From contig JBMNJG010000003.1 in assembly GCA_050951545.1 (NCBI GenBank), positions 64,001-128,000 on the forward strand: a DNA stretch of 64,000 nucleotides, read 5' to 3'. The position numbers and the translations under genes were made by a program. Of the stretch, positions 46,404 to 56,641 are shown one piece after another (position 1 is the first letter of the stretch; every line of letters starts with the position of its first letter). This DNA comes from Limnochordia bacterium. Its GTDB lineage: Bacteria > Bacillota > Limnochordia > DTU080. The notes beneath the pieces were generated by a model. That model searched no databases and was not told the origin of the DNA. It was given only the letters and a program-made list of their open reading frames with translations.

Positions 46404-48305
46404 CTACCTGCGCTCGGCAACTTCAGCTGTCACTTGTGCCACAAAGTCGCCCAGAGCCATGGTTCCCTTCTCGCCACCCGCGCGCAAGCGCACAGCTACG
46501 GTGCGTTCCTGTTTTTCCTTTTCCCCTACCACCAGCATATAGGGGATCTTCTGCAACTGGGCTTGCCGGATCTTGTACCCGATCTTTTCGTTCCGGTCAT
46601 CAACCTCTGTACGGACCCCCGCAGCTTGCAGCTGTTTTGCCACCTCCATGGCATAGTCGTTACAGGCATCGCTGATCGGCAAGACTTTGGCCTGTACGGG
46701 CGATAGCCATACAGGAAAGGCTCCTGCATAGTGCTCTACGAGTACGCCGATAAAGCGCTCTAGCGTACCCATGATTGCCCGGTGAATCATCACAGGACGT
46801 TTCTGCGATCCGTCGGCGTCCACGTAGGTGAGATCGAAACGAATGGGCAGCTGGAAATCGAGCTGAACGGTAGCACACTGCCAGGTGCGTCCGATGGCGT
46901 CCGTGACATCGAAATCGAGTTTGGGGCCGTAGAATGCTCCATCTCCAGGATTGAGCTCATATTCTCTGCCCAATGACTCCAGTGCCTCAACCAGCGAAGC
47001 TTCCGCCTGATCCCACAGGGCCAGCTCTCCCATGTAATCGTCAGGGCGGGTCGACAACTTGATCTTGTAGGGCATACCAAACGTGCTGTAGATCACATCG
47101 ACAATCTCCAGCACATCCTTTATCTGCTCGGCGATCTGATCTTCCCGAAGAAACAGGTGAGCATCGTCTTGGTGGAACCCCCGCACTCGCATGGCACCAT
47201 GAAGCGTACCTGACTGCTCAAAGCGGGCTAATGGACCATACTCCGACAGCTTAATCGGCAGATCCCTGTATGACCTAGTCTCTGCCTTGTAGAGCAAACA
47301 GTGCGCAGGGCAGTTCATCGGCTTACAGGCCATAGGCTCCTCTTCATTATCAATAAGAAACATGTCCTCTCTGTAATGATCCCAGTGTCCAGAGCGCTCC
47401 CACAACGTGGAACGCAAGATCCATGGCGTGAAGACTTCTTGGTATCCTCGTGCCGCCTGCAACTGCCTCGAGAAGTCTTCCAATAGGCGATAGAGCGTCC
47501 AACCCTTGGGGTGCCAAAACATGAACCCAGGGGCTTCCTCCCTAAACGCGAACAGATCGAGCTCACGCCCGAGCTTGCGATGGTCTCGTTTGGCAGCCTC
47601 CTCCAGCTGGTGTAGATAGGCGTCCAGTTGGCTTTTCTTTGACCAGGCAGTACCGTAAACTCGCTGTAGCATAATCCCTTGGGCGTCGCCTCGCCAGTAT
47701 GCACCCGCTACAGAAAGGAGCTTAAAGGCCTTCAGACGCCCCGTACTCGGCACGTGAGGGCCGCGGCACAGATCAACAAAATCACCCTGTTTGTAGAGCG
47801 TGATGTGCTTATCCTCGAGCTCCTCCAGGATCTCCAGTTTGAACGGCTCGTCCCGGAACAGCTCCGCGGCCTCATCCCTGCTGACCTCAACGCGGACAAC
47901 AGGCAAGTCCTCTTTGGCAAGCTGCTCCATCTCAGACTCAATGGCTGCGAAATCATCGCTGGTGATGCTCCTCGGACTCTGTACATCGTAGTAAAACCGG
48001 TTCTCCACAACAGGACCGATAGCCAAATGCGTACCTGGATACAGGCGCTGCAGCGCATGTGCCATCAGATGCGCAGCGCTATGGCGCAGGACCTCGAGAC
48101 CCTCAGGTGTGTCAGCAGTGACGATACTCACTCGAGCGTCTTCTTCGATCGGCTGGCTCAGATCGACGAGTTGGCCATTGACCTTGGCTGCTACTGCTTC
48201 ACGAGCCAAGCGAGCACCAATACTACTCGCCACTTCGTAAGCAGTCGTCCCTTTGGGGAACTCCTTCTGCGAACCATCAGGAAGCTGAACCACGACAACT
48301 GACAT
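46404..48305 (-). CDS. thrS: Threonine-tRNA ligase
   Basis: TGS domain, RHSAAH, DLCRGPH, KPMNCP, FYGPKLD; start MSVVVVQ. Confidence 0.97.
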   Translation of the reverse strand: MSVVVVQLPDGSQKEFPKGTTAYEVASSIGARLAREAVAAKVNGQLVDLSQPIEEDARVSIVTADTPEGLEVLRHSAAHLMAHALQRLYPGTHLAIGPVVENRFYYDVQSPRSITSDDFAAIESEMEQLAKEDLPVVRVEVSRDEAAELFRDEPFKLEILEELEDKHITLYKQGDFVDLCRGPHVPSTGRLKAFKLLSVAGAYWRGDAQGIMLQRVYGTAWSKKSQLDAYLHQLEEAAKRDHRKLGRELDLFAFREEAPGFMFWHPKGWTLYRLLEDFSRQLQAARGYQEVFTPWILRSTLWERSGHWDHYREDMFLIDNEEEPMACKPMNCPAHCLLYKAETRSYRDLPIKLSEYGPLARFEQSGTLHGAMRVRGFHQDDAHLFLREDQIAEQIKDVLEIVDVIYSTFGMPYKIKLSTRPDDYMGELALWDQAEASLVEALESLGREYELNPGDGAFYGPKLDFDVTDAIGRTWQCATVQLDFQLPIRFDLTYVDADGSQKRPVMIHRAIMGTLERFIGVLVEHYAGAFPVWLSPVQAKVLPISDACNDYAMEVAKQLQAAGVRTEVDDRNEKIGYKIRQAQLQKIPYMLVVGEKEKQERTVAVRLRAGGEKGTMALGDFVAQVTAEVAERR

Positions 48306-48394
48306 CTCATTCACCCTTCTGAAAATCGAGTTCTGATGCTGGCGGCTACCGACTTTGGTTCGGCGACCGCCCAGGCATTGAGGCGATGCATCTG

Positions 48395-48690
48395 CAACAA
48401 ACAAAAAAGCACACTCCTGGGACGAGTATGCCTCGCGGTTCCACCCGGGTTGACGAAAGAACCTTTCGCCCGCCTTGTGCTGCGGCATGGTATCGGACCG
48501 CTTCCGGTATCCTTACTTAGCTTTGCGCTTTTCGGACTACAGCTTAGAGGTGGTTTCGAGGTTACCTTACTCAACCAGGCTTTCAGCCAACGGCCCAGTC
48601 TCTCTTGGAGAGGTATGCTCCCCGACAGATCCTCATCATCGCCTTGCAGTATGTGGCACTTATTATAGATCCCTGCCCTCAGCCTGTCAA
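48395..48690 (-). promoter_or_regulatory. SigmaA promoter and T-box (Thr) leader of thrS
   Basis: TTGACA-N17-TATAAT (48662-48690); specifier GAA-ACC; T-box GGGTGGAACCGCG; terminator with U-tract. Confidence 0.88.
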
Positions 48691-48693
48691 TCC

Positions 48694-49299
48694 CTAACGC
48701 CAGGCGAGAATAAGGGCCGCCTGTATGACGCCGATCACGAAACCGAGAAGGGCGCCAAACACCTCAATGTAGCGCAGCTCCTGTCCACTAATACTGAGCA
48801 CCATCTTCTCGAGCTGATCAAGATCGAGCGCCATTACCTTTTCGAAAACGAGCTCGCCGACATGCAGATCCTGTTTGATACGCCCTCGCAGGTTTTCTGT
48901 GGCCGCCGCGACCATCTGAGAGGCTTCCCGACCTGCCATTTCGCACACGAAGGTGGCAATCGTGTCCTGCACTGGCAAAGGTAGAAAACCAGGCAGCACA
49001 GCTCGAACACGCTTGTCCACATGATCAGCAATGCTTCCAGTGATCGCGTCGTGATACTCGCCCGTATCGAACCTGTCCACCAAGCTATCGACCGGAAGCA
49101 AGTCTTTCTCAACGATGTCGCCGATGGCCCTGGCAAGATCGGCATGACGACGGGGGATAAGCCCCTGAAACGTAAGACTGGTACCAGGAATAACCAAGGG
49201 ACGACGCGGCCGAAAAAGCATACGAATGGCGATCACGTTCGTGAGATAGCCAATGAGGGCCCCTACAGTAGGCAACACTAACCACTCGGCGCTCAACAA
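48694..49299 (-). CDS. DUF445 family membrane protein
   Basis: GALIGYLTNVIAIRMLFRP, QGLIPRR, ELRYIEVFGALLG. Confidence 0.88.
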   Translation of the reverse strand: MLSAEWLVLPTVGALIGYLTNVIAIRMLFRPRRPLVIPGTSLTFQGLIPRRHADLARAIGDIVEKDLLPVDSLVDRFDTGEYHDAITGSIADHVDKRVRAVLPGFLPLPVQDTIATFVCEMAGREASQMVAAATENLRGRIKQDLHVGELVFEKVMALDLDQLEKMVLSISGQELRYIEVFGALLGFVIGVIQAALILAWR

Positions 49300-49373
49300 T
49301 CCACGTCGCCTCCAGGTGATAGTATTGCCACTCGTATTCTCAGCGCAGACACAGACCTCCTGCCCCGCCTGCA

Positions 49374-50267
49374 TCAGTCATGTCTCAGGCCAAGCAATCC
49401 GAATCGCCTCCCTGCCCGCGCGCGTCGGACGCGCCACCAGTGACACCCCTGATGAAAGGTCACTCTCTCTTGAAACACGTCGCGAATCATGCTCATTACA
49501 GGCAGCTCAGTCTCACAGTAGCAATGGAGCTCGACTGGAGCTAGGGTGATGAGCGTACTGACGAGTAGATCGCCAGGGTCAACCGCACCGTCCCGCAGGT
49601 CTGAGACATAGCGTGCCAGATAAGCGTTGTCGACAACGTGCCCCGGCTTGTCCACAAGACGGAAACGCCCGTTCCGCTGCAAAAACACATCGACACGGTC
49701 TACATAGCTGTCGGCTGTCGCCACAAAGTAGCGTAACAGTTGCACGATGTCGTGACGAGTACGCTCGGTGTTCCACTCAGCGATGGCGATGGTGACGGCA
49801 TCGGATACCCGCTGAACATGGTCGTCAAGCCTGAAGCTCGCAAACCCCTCCAGATGCATAAAGTGGTGAGCAGCCAAGTACTCCATTACTCGAGCGAGTA
49901 TTTCTTCGCCAGGCACCCAGGCAGCCTCGGTTAACGTCTTGGTAGCCCGCGTTTGTAACTGGTGGCGCTCACTGGCAGATGCGTCGACAGCCTGGCGCAA
50001 CACCAGTCTCTGCACCCATTGACTTATGAGACTGCTGCGAACAATGCCGGTCACAGCCGAGGCGACATGATAGATCAGAATCTCGTATGCTGGTTCACCC
50101 ATCTCTTCGTAATCACATATGACTCGGATCTCCGTGGGCCATTCCATCTCCCGCCACCGCAGAAGGAGCCCGTCACGAAGCATAAGGGGCATCTGCTGCC
50201 CCAACTGTCTACGAAGAACGGATCCGTGGGATGCTGTGGCGATCACGAGCTCGCCCACCGAGCACAC
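49374..50267 (-). CDS. ytxC: Putative sporulation protein YtxC
   Basis: LEGFASFRL, LLRYFV, DLLVSTLITLAP, VFQERV; position upstream of thrS as in Bacillus. Confidence 0.75.
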   Translation of the reverse strand: MCSVGELVIATASHGSVLRRQLGQQMPLMLRDGLLLRWREMEWPTEIRVICDYEEMGEPAYEILIYHVASAVTGIVRSSLISQWVQRLVLRQAVDASASERHQLQTRATKTLTEAAWVPGEEILARVMEYLAAHHFMHLEGFASFRLDDHVQRVSDAVTIAIAEWNTERTRHDIVQLLRYFVATADSYVDRVDVFLQRNGRFRLVDKPGHVVDNAYLARYVSDLRDGAVDPGDLLVSTLITLAPVELHCYCETELPVMSMIRDVFQERVTFHQGCHWWRVRRARAGRRFGLLGLRHD

Positions 50268-50282
50268 TCCCCCTTGCTAGCT

Positions 50283-50311
50283 AGTATATGTGTCGCTGTA
50301 TTGCCCTATGC
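50283..50311 (-). promoter_or_regulatory. SigmaE-like promoter of ytxC
   Basis: GCATAGG-N14-CATATACT; ytxC is sigmaE-controlled in B. subtilis. Confidence 0.5.
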
Positions 50312-50400
50312 TTCAGCTAAGCTAGCTGTACTGCAGGAGGCAGTAGCCCCGATCCGGAATGAATAAACGTTCCGCCAATGGTCCGCATGGAGTGAGATGC

Positions 50401-50859
50401 ATGTCCAAGTTCTGGTCGCGTGTGTTGTGGATTCTGGTCGCCCTGGTGTGTGTCGGGATGGTTGTAGTCTGGCTCATTCCCACGCCGGAAAGACCAGGCG
50501 ACGCTTCGCAAGAGGAAAAAGATGCTGTCATTGCAAGACTTGGCGAAGTGCAAGATGACTTACCTTATGCCAAGCTAGGCAAGATCAAGGCGCATCGTAA
50601 CCGGGTAGTCGAGCTTAACGTGACGTGGACCGGAGAGAACCCGCCTGCAAAAGCCGATCGCAATGCCTGGGCAGTAGAAGCCGACCGTATCGCCCTGCAT
50701 GTAGCCAAGAACTACCTTCCGGAAGGCTGGCAAGTCAACGTAGCCCTATGGCATCGACGCCTTCCTAGAGGTGTAGCGGGGCGCACAGCAGGTGCCGACC
50801 CCGAAGGTGGCCCTGCGTGGCTGTTTCAGGGAAGAGAACCTCAACAGGCGGTGAAATGA
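50401..50859 (+). CDS. Hypothetical protein with N-terminal membrane anchor
   Basis: MSKFWSRVLWILVALVCVGMVVVWL; stop overlaps next start. Confidence 0.6.
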   Translation: MSKFWSRVLWILVALVCVGMVVVWLIPTPERPGDASQEEKDAVIARLGEVQDDLPYAKLGKIKAHRNRVVELNVTWTGENPPAKADRNAWAVEADRIALHVAKNYLPEGWQVNVALWHRRLPRGVAGRTAGADPEGGPAWLFQGREPQQAVK

Positions 50860-52712
50860 TGCTCAGCAAGTGGTACGCCCATAGGGATCTGCAACGATTG
50901 ATCATCCCGCGCGAGCAGTATCGTCCCTTCCCCACAGTCGCAGAGCGGTGCGCCTGGGAGATCCTACCTGAGAGCCTTCAGACAGGGCTCCTGCAATCTG
51001 CGACCAAGTATCTCGGCTGGCAATGGCCAGCATTGCCGGCAACCCTTTTCATGGAGTTCCGGCGCTGCGGTGACCGTAAGCTCTACGAAAAACCACACTT
51101 CGCTCGGCGCCAGGCTCTGGAGGCTCTGACCGTAGCAGAGTGTGTGGAAGATCAAGGACGCTATCTCGACGACATCATCAACGGCATCTGGTGCATCTGC
51201 GAGGAATCGTTTTGGGGTGTCCCGGCGCATGTCTACTCGAGGGAACCATTACCCGATTCGGCGGAGCCGACTATCGATCTGTTCGCCGCTGAGACTGCAG
51301 CTCTTCTCGCTTGGGCTCTTTATCTGCTACAGCCTCGCTTGGATGCTGTAAGCCCTCTGATTGGCGAACGCATACGCCGAGAGACAAAGACGCGAGTTCT
51401 GGACCCCTTCTTGAACCGCGATGACTTCTGGTGGATGGGCCTATCCGAGCCAGCACGCCGTCTAAACAACTGGACTCCATGGTGTGTCTCTAACTGCCTC
51501 TCAGTGGATCTGCTGCTCGAGGAGGACCCTGAGCGCCGCATTCGTGCCATCGCCAAGGCTCTGCGCATCCTGGATGCCTTCCTTACACCATACCCCGAAG
51601 ACGGTGGCTGCGATGAGGGCACCTCGTATTGGAGCCGAGCAGGCGGTTCTCTTTTCGACTGTCTCGAGCTGCTTTACACAGCTTCAGGTGGCGAAGTGTG
51701 CGTATACCACAACCCACTTATTCAAGATATCGGGCGCTATCTGTACCGCTCATTTATCAGCGGCAACTACTTCGTGAACTTCGCGGACGGTGGAGCAGTG
51801 GTCAACATCGCAGCTGATCTGGTCTACCGCTACGGGCGCCGCATTGACGATCCGTTGCTCCGTGCCCTTGGCTCCAGTGCCCATCATGCGCGCAGAGAAC
51901 GCAGGTCACTACTGCATGGCCCCTTGCTTCGCCTTCTCCCTGCCATCTTCAACTTCTCAGACATCGAGAAAGCCTCCACCCGTCCGCAGTTTGTCAGGGA
52001 CGCCTGGCTTCCCCACATCCAGTTTATGACCGCCCGTGACACATGCTCAGATAAAGGCCTATACTTAGCCGCCAAAGGAGGGCACAATGCGGAAAGCCAC
52101 AACCACAACGATGTGGGTCAGTTCGTAGTGTATGCCAGCGGGCGCCCGATTTTGATTGACGTCGGAGTCGGAACCTACACCGCCAAGACCTTTTCGTCGA
52201 GGCGCTACGAAATCTGGACCATGCAATCCGCATTCCACAACCTGCCCACGGTCAACGGCGTGCAGCAGCAAGCAGGAGAAGCATTTCGTGCGCGGGCGGT
52301 GAGTTATCACAGCGATGACATCTGTGCGGAACTCCGCCTAGACATTTCCTCGGCCTATCCTAAGGCGGCTGGTATAGAGCACTGGCAACGCAGACTACGT
52401 CTCGAACGGCGCCCGAGCCCAGCAATACAGATTTTTGATGAATTCGCTCTATCCACTGTCTCGGCTGACATTGTTCTTTCGCTCATGACCCCACAGGAAC
52501 CACAGATGGTCGGAGCCGATGCCATTTTGCTCGACGAAGGGCGTGCCGTTCTGGCCTTTCGTGGTGAGGGTCTAAGCTCGCGCATCGAGCGTATCAGCGT
52601 CGACGATGAGCACCTAAGAGCGACGTGGGGAGACTATCTCTACAGAGTGCTACTTCAGCCTGACAGAGCTGTCCAGCGGGGTCTGTGGGAATTGCGACTA
52701 ACCGAGGTCTAA
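50856..52712 (+). CDS. Heparinase II/III-family protein
   Basis: NNWTPW, DGGCDEG, GGHNAESHNHND, QSAFHNLP. Confidence 0.82.
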   Translation: MMLSKWYAHRDLQRLIIPREQYRPFPTVAERCAWEILPESLQTGLLQSATKYLGWQWPALPATLFMEFRRCGDRKLYEKPHFARRQALEALTVAECVEDQGRYLDDIINGIWCICEESFWGVPAHVYSREPLPDSAEPTIDLFAAETAALLAWALYLLQPRLDAVSPLIGERIRRETKTRVLDPFLNRDDFWWMGLSEPARRLNNWTPWCVSNCLSVDLLLEEDPERRIRAIAKALRILDAFLTPYPEDGGCDEGTSYWSRAGGSLFDCLELLYTASGGEVCVYHNPLIQDIGRYLYRSFISGNYFVNFADGGAVVNIAADLVYRYGRRIDDPLLRALGSSAHHARRERRSLLHGPLLRLLPAIFNFSDIEKASTRPQFVRDAWLPHIQFMTARDTCSDKGLYLAAKGGHNAESHNHNDVGQFVVYASGRPILIDVGVGTYTAKTFSSRRYEIWTMQSAFHNLPTVNGVQQQAGEAFRARAVSYHSDDICAELRLDISSAYPKAAGIEHWQRRLRLERRPSPAIQIFDEFALSTVSADIVLSLMTPQEPQMVGADAILLDEGRAVLAFRGEGLSSRIERISVDDEHLRATWGDYLYRVLLQPDRAVQRGLWELRLTEV

Positions 52713-52721
52713 CTACAATAG

Positions 52722-52752
52722 CAAGGGGTCCTACCTGTCGATAGGACCCCCT
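52722..52752. terminator. Hairpin terminator after heparinase gene and downstream of the displaced tRNA 3' end
   Basis: AGGGGTCCTA-N7-TAGGACCCC. Confidence 0.7.
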
Positions 52753-52754
52753 GC

Positions 52755-52800
52755 TGGTAGGGAAGAGCGGACTCGAACCGCTGACCTCCACGATGTCAAC
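52755..52800 (-). repeat. att site: displaced 3' half of tRNA-Val(GAC)
   Basis: 46 bp matching 63051-63096 with 5 mismatches; identical 18-bp core GACCTCCACGATGTCAAC. Confidence 0.93.
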
Positions 52801-52923
52801 TATATTCAGCTCAGAATTGCCTCTCTGCGCCCGTGTTCGCTTGCGTCCGAATGTGGCCTGTATGCTGGCCTTTGGTTATTCTCGCCGACTTCGTGTTGTT
52901 CGCTGGTGTCGCCCCGTTTCCGG

Positions 52924-52948
52924 TCTATTGGCAGTACTGTGGCAGTAC
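52924..52948. repeat. Putative integrase arm-type site (TGGCAGTAC x2, 11-bp period); other copies at 57335-57359 and 62974-62993
   Basis: TCTATTGGCAGTACTGTGGCAGTAC identical at 52924 and 57335; TGGCAGTACAATGGCAGTAC at 62974. Confidence 0.75.
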
Positions 52949-53516
52949 AAAATAACGCTTTGTCATAGGTGCGCCCGCTACCGATACCTGTTGCCGCGCG
53001 GTGAACAGTGGCGCGGCCTACTTTGTTTTCCGCGGCAACCGCGTCAATGGTTTTGGGCAAGTTATCACTTTGAGAACTTGCCGCCGCCCGCCCGCTCCCG
53101 CTCGTGCCGCCGCTCGGGCGCCCGCTACCGCCGTCCGCGCGGTGACGTGGGGCCTTGTTTGAACGTCGATGCGCATCCGTCCAGCTTGACTTCTCACTCC
53201 CGCGGTCCCCGCCGTGACTTTGCCGTCGTTCGCGCCGCCGGGTATTCCTTCCCGTCCGAACCGGTGACTGTTGCAGGTGTAGACATTTGTCTACACCTTC
53301 GGCTGTCGGTCTGCTCGCACCGTGTCATGTGGCTGAACCCCCAACCGCCCCGCAATGCGCCGCAGGCTCCAGCCTTGTTGGCAAACAAATGGCCTTCATA
53401 GACGCCGTTTTGAGCCACGCAAGAAGGGCGCAGGTGTAAAGAGTGCCCCACGCCGTCTACTCGCCTAGAAAGGGCCTTCCTGTGCGCCTGGCAGGGTTCT
53501 CGCTCGCCAGACAGGG

Positions 53517-53544
53517 GAAGCCCCAAGGTTTCCCCTGGGGCTTC
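53517..53544 (-). terminator. Hairpin ending the element's minus-strand late operon
   Basis: GAAGCCCCA..TGGGGCTTC about 30 bp after stop at 53573. Confidence 0.55.
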
Positions 53545-53572
53545 GCTACTCCGTCCGTTTTGTGAGCTACAC

Positions 53573-54405
53573 TCAGGCGCCTTCTGCTAGGTGCTTACCG
53601 AACTCCGCCGCGAATTCATCAAGCAAGGGGTTCGTCACCGGGCCGTCGTCCGTTACACCCTCCGCCCACCATGTGCTTGCATCTGCTGCTGCGCCCTTCA
53701 CCGCGTTCTGTAGCAATAGACGGTCAAAGCCGAGCTTGTCATCTGTGTTCTTGTGCAGCTCTTCCTCGTATTGCTCCGCTCTGGAAACTAGGTCTGCGTA
53801 CTTTGGGAAGGTCTCAGCGAACGCCGCTTCACTCAACTGCTCCAGCTCCGCCCGCTTCGTCGTGATGGTCCGCAAGGTACGGTTTTGGGCGTCGATTCGT
53901 TGCTCTTGCGTTTCAGGGAAGAAGCTGGGGCCTTCTGTCGATTGTGTCAGCTCCTCGATTCGCCTTAAGGCCTTGTCCATGTTGCGAATCCAAGCATAGC
54001 GCTGCGCCTTGTTGGTTGTGTATGTTGTCCCTTCCTTGAATGCCGCTACCACGTCATCGGGCTTGCGCGCTAGGTTAATCTTTGCCTCAACTTCCCGGTC
54101 AAAGATTAGAATCTCGTTGCCGAACTGCGAAGGGGAAACCAGGTCACTAGCAGACTGCCGGAAGTCTCGCGCCACCGCTTCGCAGTAGTTTTGAGCTTCA
54201 CGCGCTAGGGCTACACTGTCGCCATATGCCTTCTCTAGCCTTTGGGCCGCCTGGCGTAGCGCCTCGAACTGGTCGTAGCGCTTCAAGTGACATATCAGAG
54301 TAGTACCGCCAGCGCGGATTGGCAAACACCTGCGCCACGTCCTCCTTAAACTCGTCGATAGCCTGTTGGATAAGCGCCCGCCGTTTCTACGCTCCACAAC
54401 TCCAT
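53573..54405 (-). CDS. Hypothetical helical/coiled-coil protein; 5' end apparently frameshifted
   Basis: ORF 53573..54397; plausible N-terminus MELWSVE/KRRALIQQAIDEFKEDVAQVF lies in other frames. Confidence 0.55.
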
Positions 54406-54674
54406 TGCCACCACTCCGCTCCTTGTTGGTTTAGCGCCGAGACCGGGTTACCGCCAGTCCCGCCGGTCCCTTGCTTGTTTGGTGCCCACAAGCCGCCGCG
54501 GTCGCGCAGGGAACCGTCGATAACCTCATCAATGTTCGCCACGCCGCCCTTGTCGTCAAGCTGAACCTCGCCTTTGTGCAGGGCAACGATACTCTGGGGA
54601 GACTTCGCCCCGTGCTCTGCCGCCTTCGCCACCAATGCCGCCTTAACGATTGCGTCCTTCTGCCACTGCTCCAA
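54387..54674 (-). CDS. Phage scaffolding-protein-like small protein
   Basis: TTG after AAGGAGGTG; IVKAALVAKAAEHGAKSP...VQLDDKGGVANIDEVI...GTGGTGGNP resembles the C-terminal half of siphophage scaffold proteins. Confidence 0.5.
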   Translation of the reverse strand: MEQWQKDAIVKAALVAKAAEHGAKSPQSIVALHKGEVQLDDKGGVANIDEVIDGSLRDRGGLWAPNKQGTGGTGGNPVSALNQQGAEWWQWSCGA

Positions 54675-54687
54675 CCTCGCCACCTCC

Positions 54688-56172
54688 TTAGCGCTCATCA
54701 CCTGGAACGTGCTGAACACTGAACTCGTAGACATACACACCGTCCCGCCGCGCCCGTTTGCGCATGGTCTCCATCTGGTAAAGCAAGCTCGACACTTGGG
54801 AGTCTTCGTCACTCCAAGCAGGAGCAAGGTTAATCCTGCCCGTCTCTAGGGTGCCGACCTTGTGGGCTTGCTCCTCCGCCGCTAGGGCCGCCAGGGCCAC
54901 CGCCGTAACGTGGTCGTCGTGCCCGCCGGAAGGATGGTCAAGCCGCCAACTGTTGCGGTTTTGCACTACTTGCAGGCGCCGCAGCTCTTCCATCAGCTCT
55001 TCATGTGGATAGCACTTCAACAAGCCGTCCCGAATGAGTTGAAGCAGGTGGCTGTCGAGCTTTTGCCGGAAAGCCGTGGTAAAGCGCTGGTCTACGCATC
55101 GCAGACCACTTGCCTGCAAGCGCTCCACCAAGCCTGCCGCTTGCCAGAAGTCACAGGAAACTACCAACCTCTTGAACGCGCGATTCACTAGCAGGAGATC
55201 GTCCTCAACGTCCGAAAGAAGCACCCGCTCTTCTCGCGAACCTTGCCACGTCCTCAGACTGTCAACCACCGTCTTTTGCCCTTCGCGGTGAACAATTGCT
55301 CGCACCGTTCTGTCATGCACTAACCCCAGATCGACACCAACGAAATACGCAACGCCATGCTTGCCCTCCACCTGCCGGGTTAGAGTGTTGTCGAACACCC
55401 CCTGCACCTCGTCTTCTGTGAGCACAGAACCAGATGAGCTGACCCATTCGTTCAGGTGTAACCGCCGGAAAACCTCAGCAGGTAATAGGCGCCGCTGCTC
55501 CTCCAACCATTCCTCTTTGATCCAACTGGCACACTGGCCGCGGCTCTTGAAGTACCAGCCTGGCGTGTTCTGTGCCAAGTGGTACAGCTCTTCGGACCAA
55601 TGCCCAATCACTCCGCAGGTTCCGATAGTCACGAACCGGCAACCTGGAACCTTGCCTGTTGCTGAGAAAAGCGCATCGAATAGGCGCCTGTCGGGCCATT
55701 CGGCAAGCTCATCGCAGCATATCCAGGTGGGTAGAAGCCCGTAGGCCGAAGGTGCGTCCGACGATAGCACCGTTAGTCTGGCGCCCGTTGCTGGAACCGC
55801 AATGCCGTCCTTAGTTATCTCTGCGTTCATCGCCAGGAGCTGCGTCCGCCGAATGTAGCCTGTAGCCAGCTCATGCAGCAGACTAGCCTGGTCCTTGTCC
55901 ACCGCTGCTGCATAAAGACGCCCGCCCTTGGGGCCTAAAAATAGCTCCGCCACACACTCCGCCGCCAGGTCCGAGGTCTTACTGTGGCCGCGAGGTCGCC
56001 AAATGGAAGCATTCGGCAAGTCCTGCCGCCTGTCGAGCGCCGCCAAGTCCTCCGCTTGCCAGGGTTCCAGGGAGGCGCCGTAAGAGCGCCCGTCAGGCAA
56101 GACTAGCACCTCCCGCCGGAATGTCATTCTGTCATCCTTCCAGCGCTCTAGCGCCGCCGTTAGCCGCTCCAT
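54688..56172 (-). CDS. Terminase large subunit
   Basis: Adenine-binding LEPWQ, Walker A-like PRGHSKT, AAVDKDQA, Walker B ICCDE, FRRLHLNEW, nuclease VGVDLG and HDDHV. Confidence 0.85.
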   Translation of the reverse strand: MERLTAALERWKDDRMTFRREVLVLPDGRSYGASLEPWQAEDLAALDRRQDLPNASIWRPRGHSKTSDLAAECVAELFLGPKGGRLYAAAVDKDQASLLHELATGYIRRTQLLAMNAEITKDGIAVPATGARLTVLSSDAPSAYGLLPTWICCDELAEWPDRRLFDALFSATGKVPGCRFVTIGTCGVIGHWSEELYHLAQNTPGWYFKSRGQCASWIKEEWLEEQRRLLPAEVFRRLHLNEWVSSSGSVLTEDEVQGVFDNTLTRQVEGKHGVAYFVGVDLGLVHDRTVRAIVHREGQKTVVDSLRTWQGSREERVLLSDVEDDLLLVNRAFKRLVVSCDFWQAAGLVERLQASGLRCVDQRFTTAFRQKLDSHLLQLIRDGLLKCYPHEELMEELRRLQVVQNRNSWRLDHPSGGHDDHVTAVALAALAAEEQAHKVGTLETGRINLAPAWSDEDSQVSSLLYQMETMRKRARRDGVYVYEFSVQHVPGDER

Positions 56173-56377
56173 TACCGCCACCTCCCAACTCCCGCAAACA
56201 CTCTCGCAGACAGGCAATTAACTGTCCTTCGCCTTCTTGCGCTACACTCTGGGCAACCATCCGCGCCACAGGATTGGTTGTCGCTTCTAGGCCTTTCAGA
56301 GTATCAATGAGTACGCCGATAACATCGGTCATGTCCACCTGCACCGTCTCACCCGTTCTCAGTCTGAGCGAAGCCAT
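56132..56377 (-). CDS. Hypothetical protein
   Basis: MASLRLRTGETVQ..., RBS GAGGTGG, coupled to terL. Confidence 0.55.
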   Translation of the reverse strand: MASLRLRTGETVQVDMTDVIGVLIDTLKGLEATTNPVARMVAQSVAQEGEGQLIACLRECLRELGGGGNGAANGGARALEG

Positions 56378-56481
56378 TGCCGCCACCTCGCCTTAAGATA
56401 CGCTTGCACATGACGCCGCTTCAGGCGCCACACAAGCCCCAAGCTCCCGCCGATGATTCCAGCCACCACCTGCACTGCCAT
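56359..56481 (-). CDS. 40-aa hydrophobic/basic peptide
   Basis: Not in ORF track; AGGAGGTG RBS; MAVQVVAGIIGGSLGLVWRLKRRHVQAYLKARWRQWLRSD. Confidence 0.5.
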   Translation of the reverse strand: MAVQVVAGIIGGSLGLVWRLKRRHVQAYLKARWRQWLRSD

Positions 56482-56493
56482 GCTCAGCACCTC

Positions 56494-56625
56494 CTACGCT
56501 GTCTTGCCCTTCGTCTTGCCGGGTACCATGCGCTTGCCGCACTTGGTGCAGATCGGCGCCGTCTTGCCGATGTACACCGTCACCGCCCGCTTACACTTGG
56601 GGCATGAGTACGTCTTGGCAGCCAT
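56494..56625 (-). CDS. 43-aa zinc-ribbon protein
   Basis: Not in ORF track; AAGGAG RBS; MAAKTYSCPKCKRAVTVYIGKTAPICTKCGKRMVPGKTKGKTA. Confidence 0.6.
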   Translation of the reverse strand: MAAKTYSCPKCKRAVTVYIGKTAPICTKCGKRMVPGKTKGKTA

Positions 56626-56641
56626 GTGCTCGCTCCTTCCG

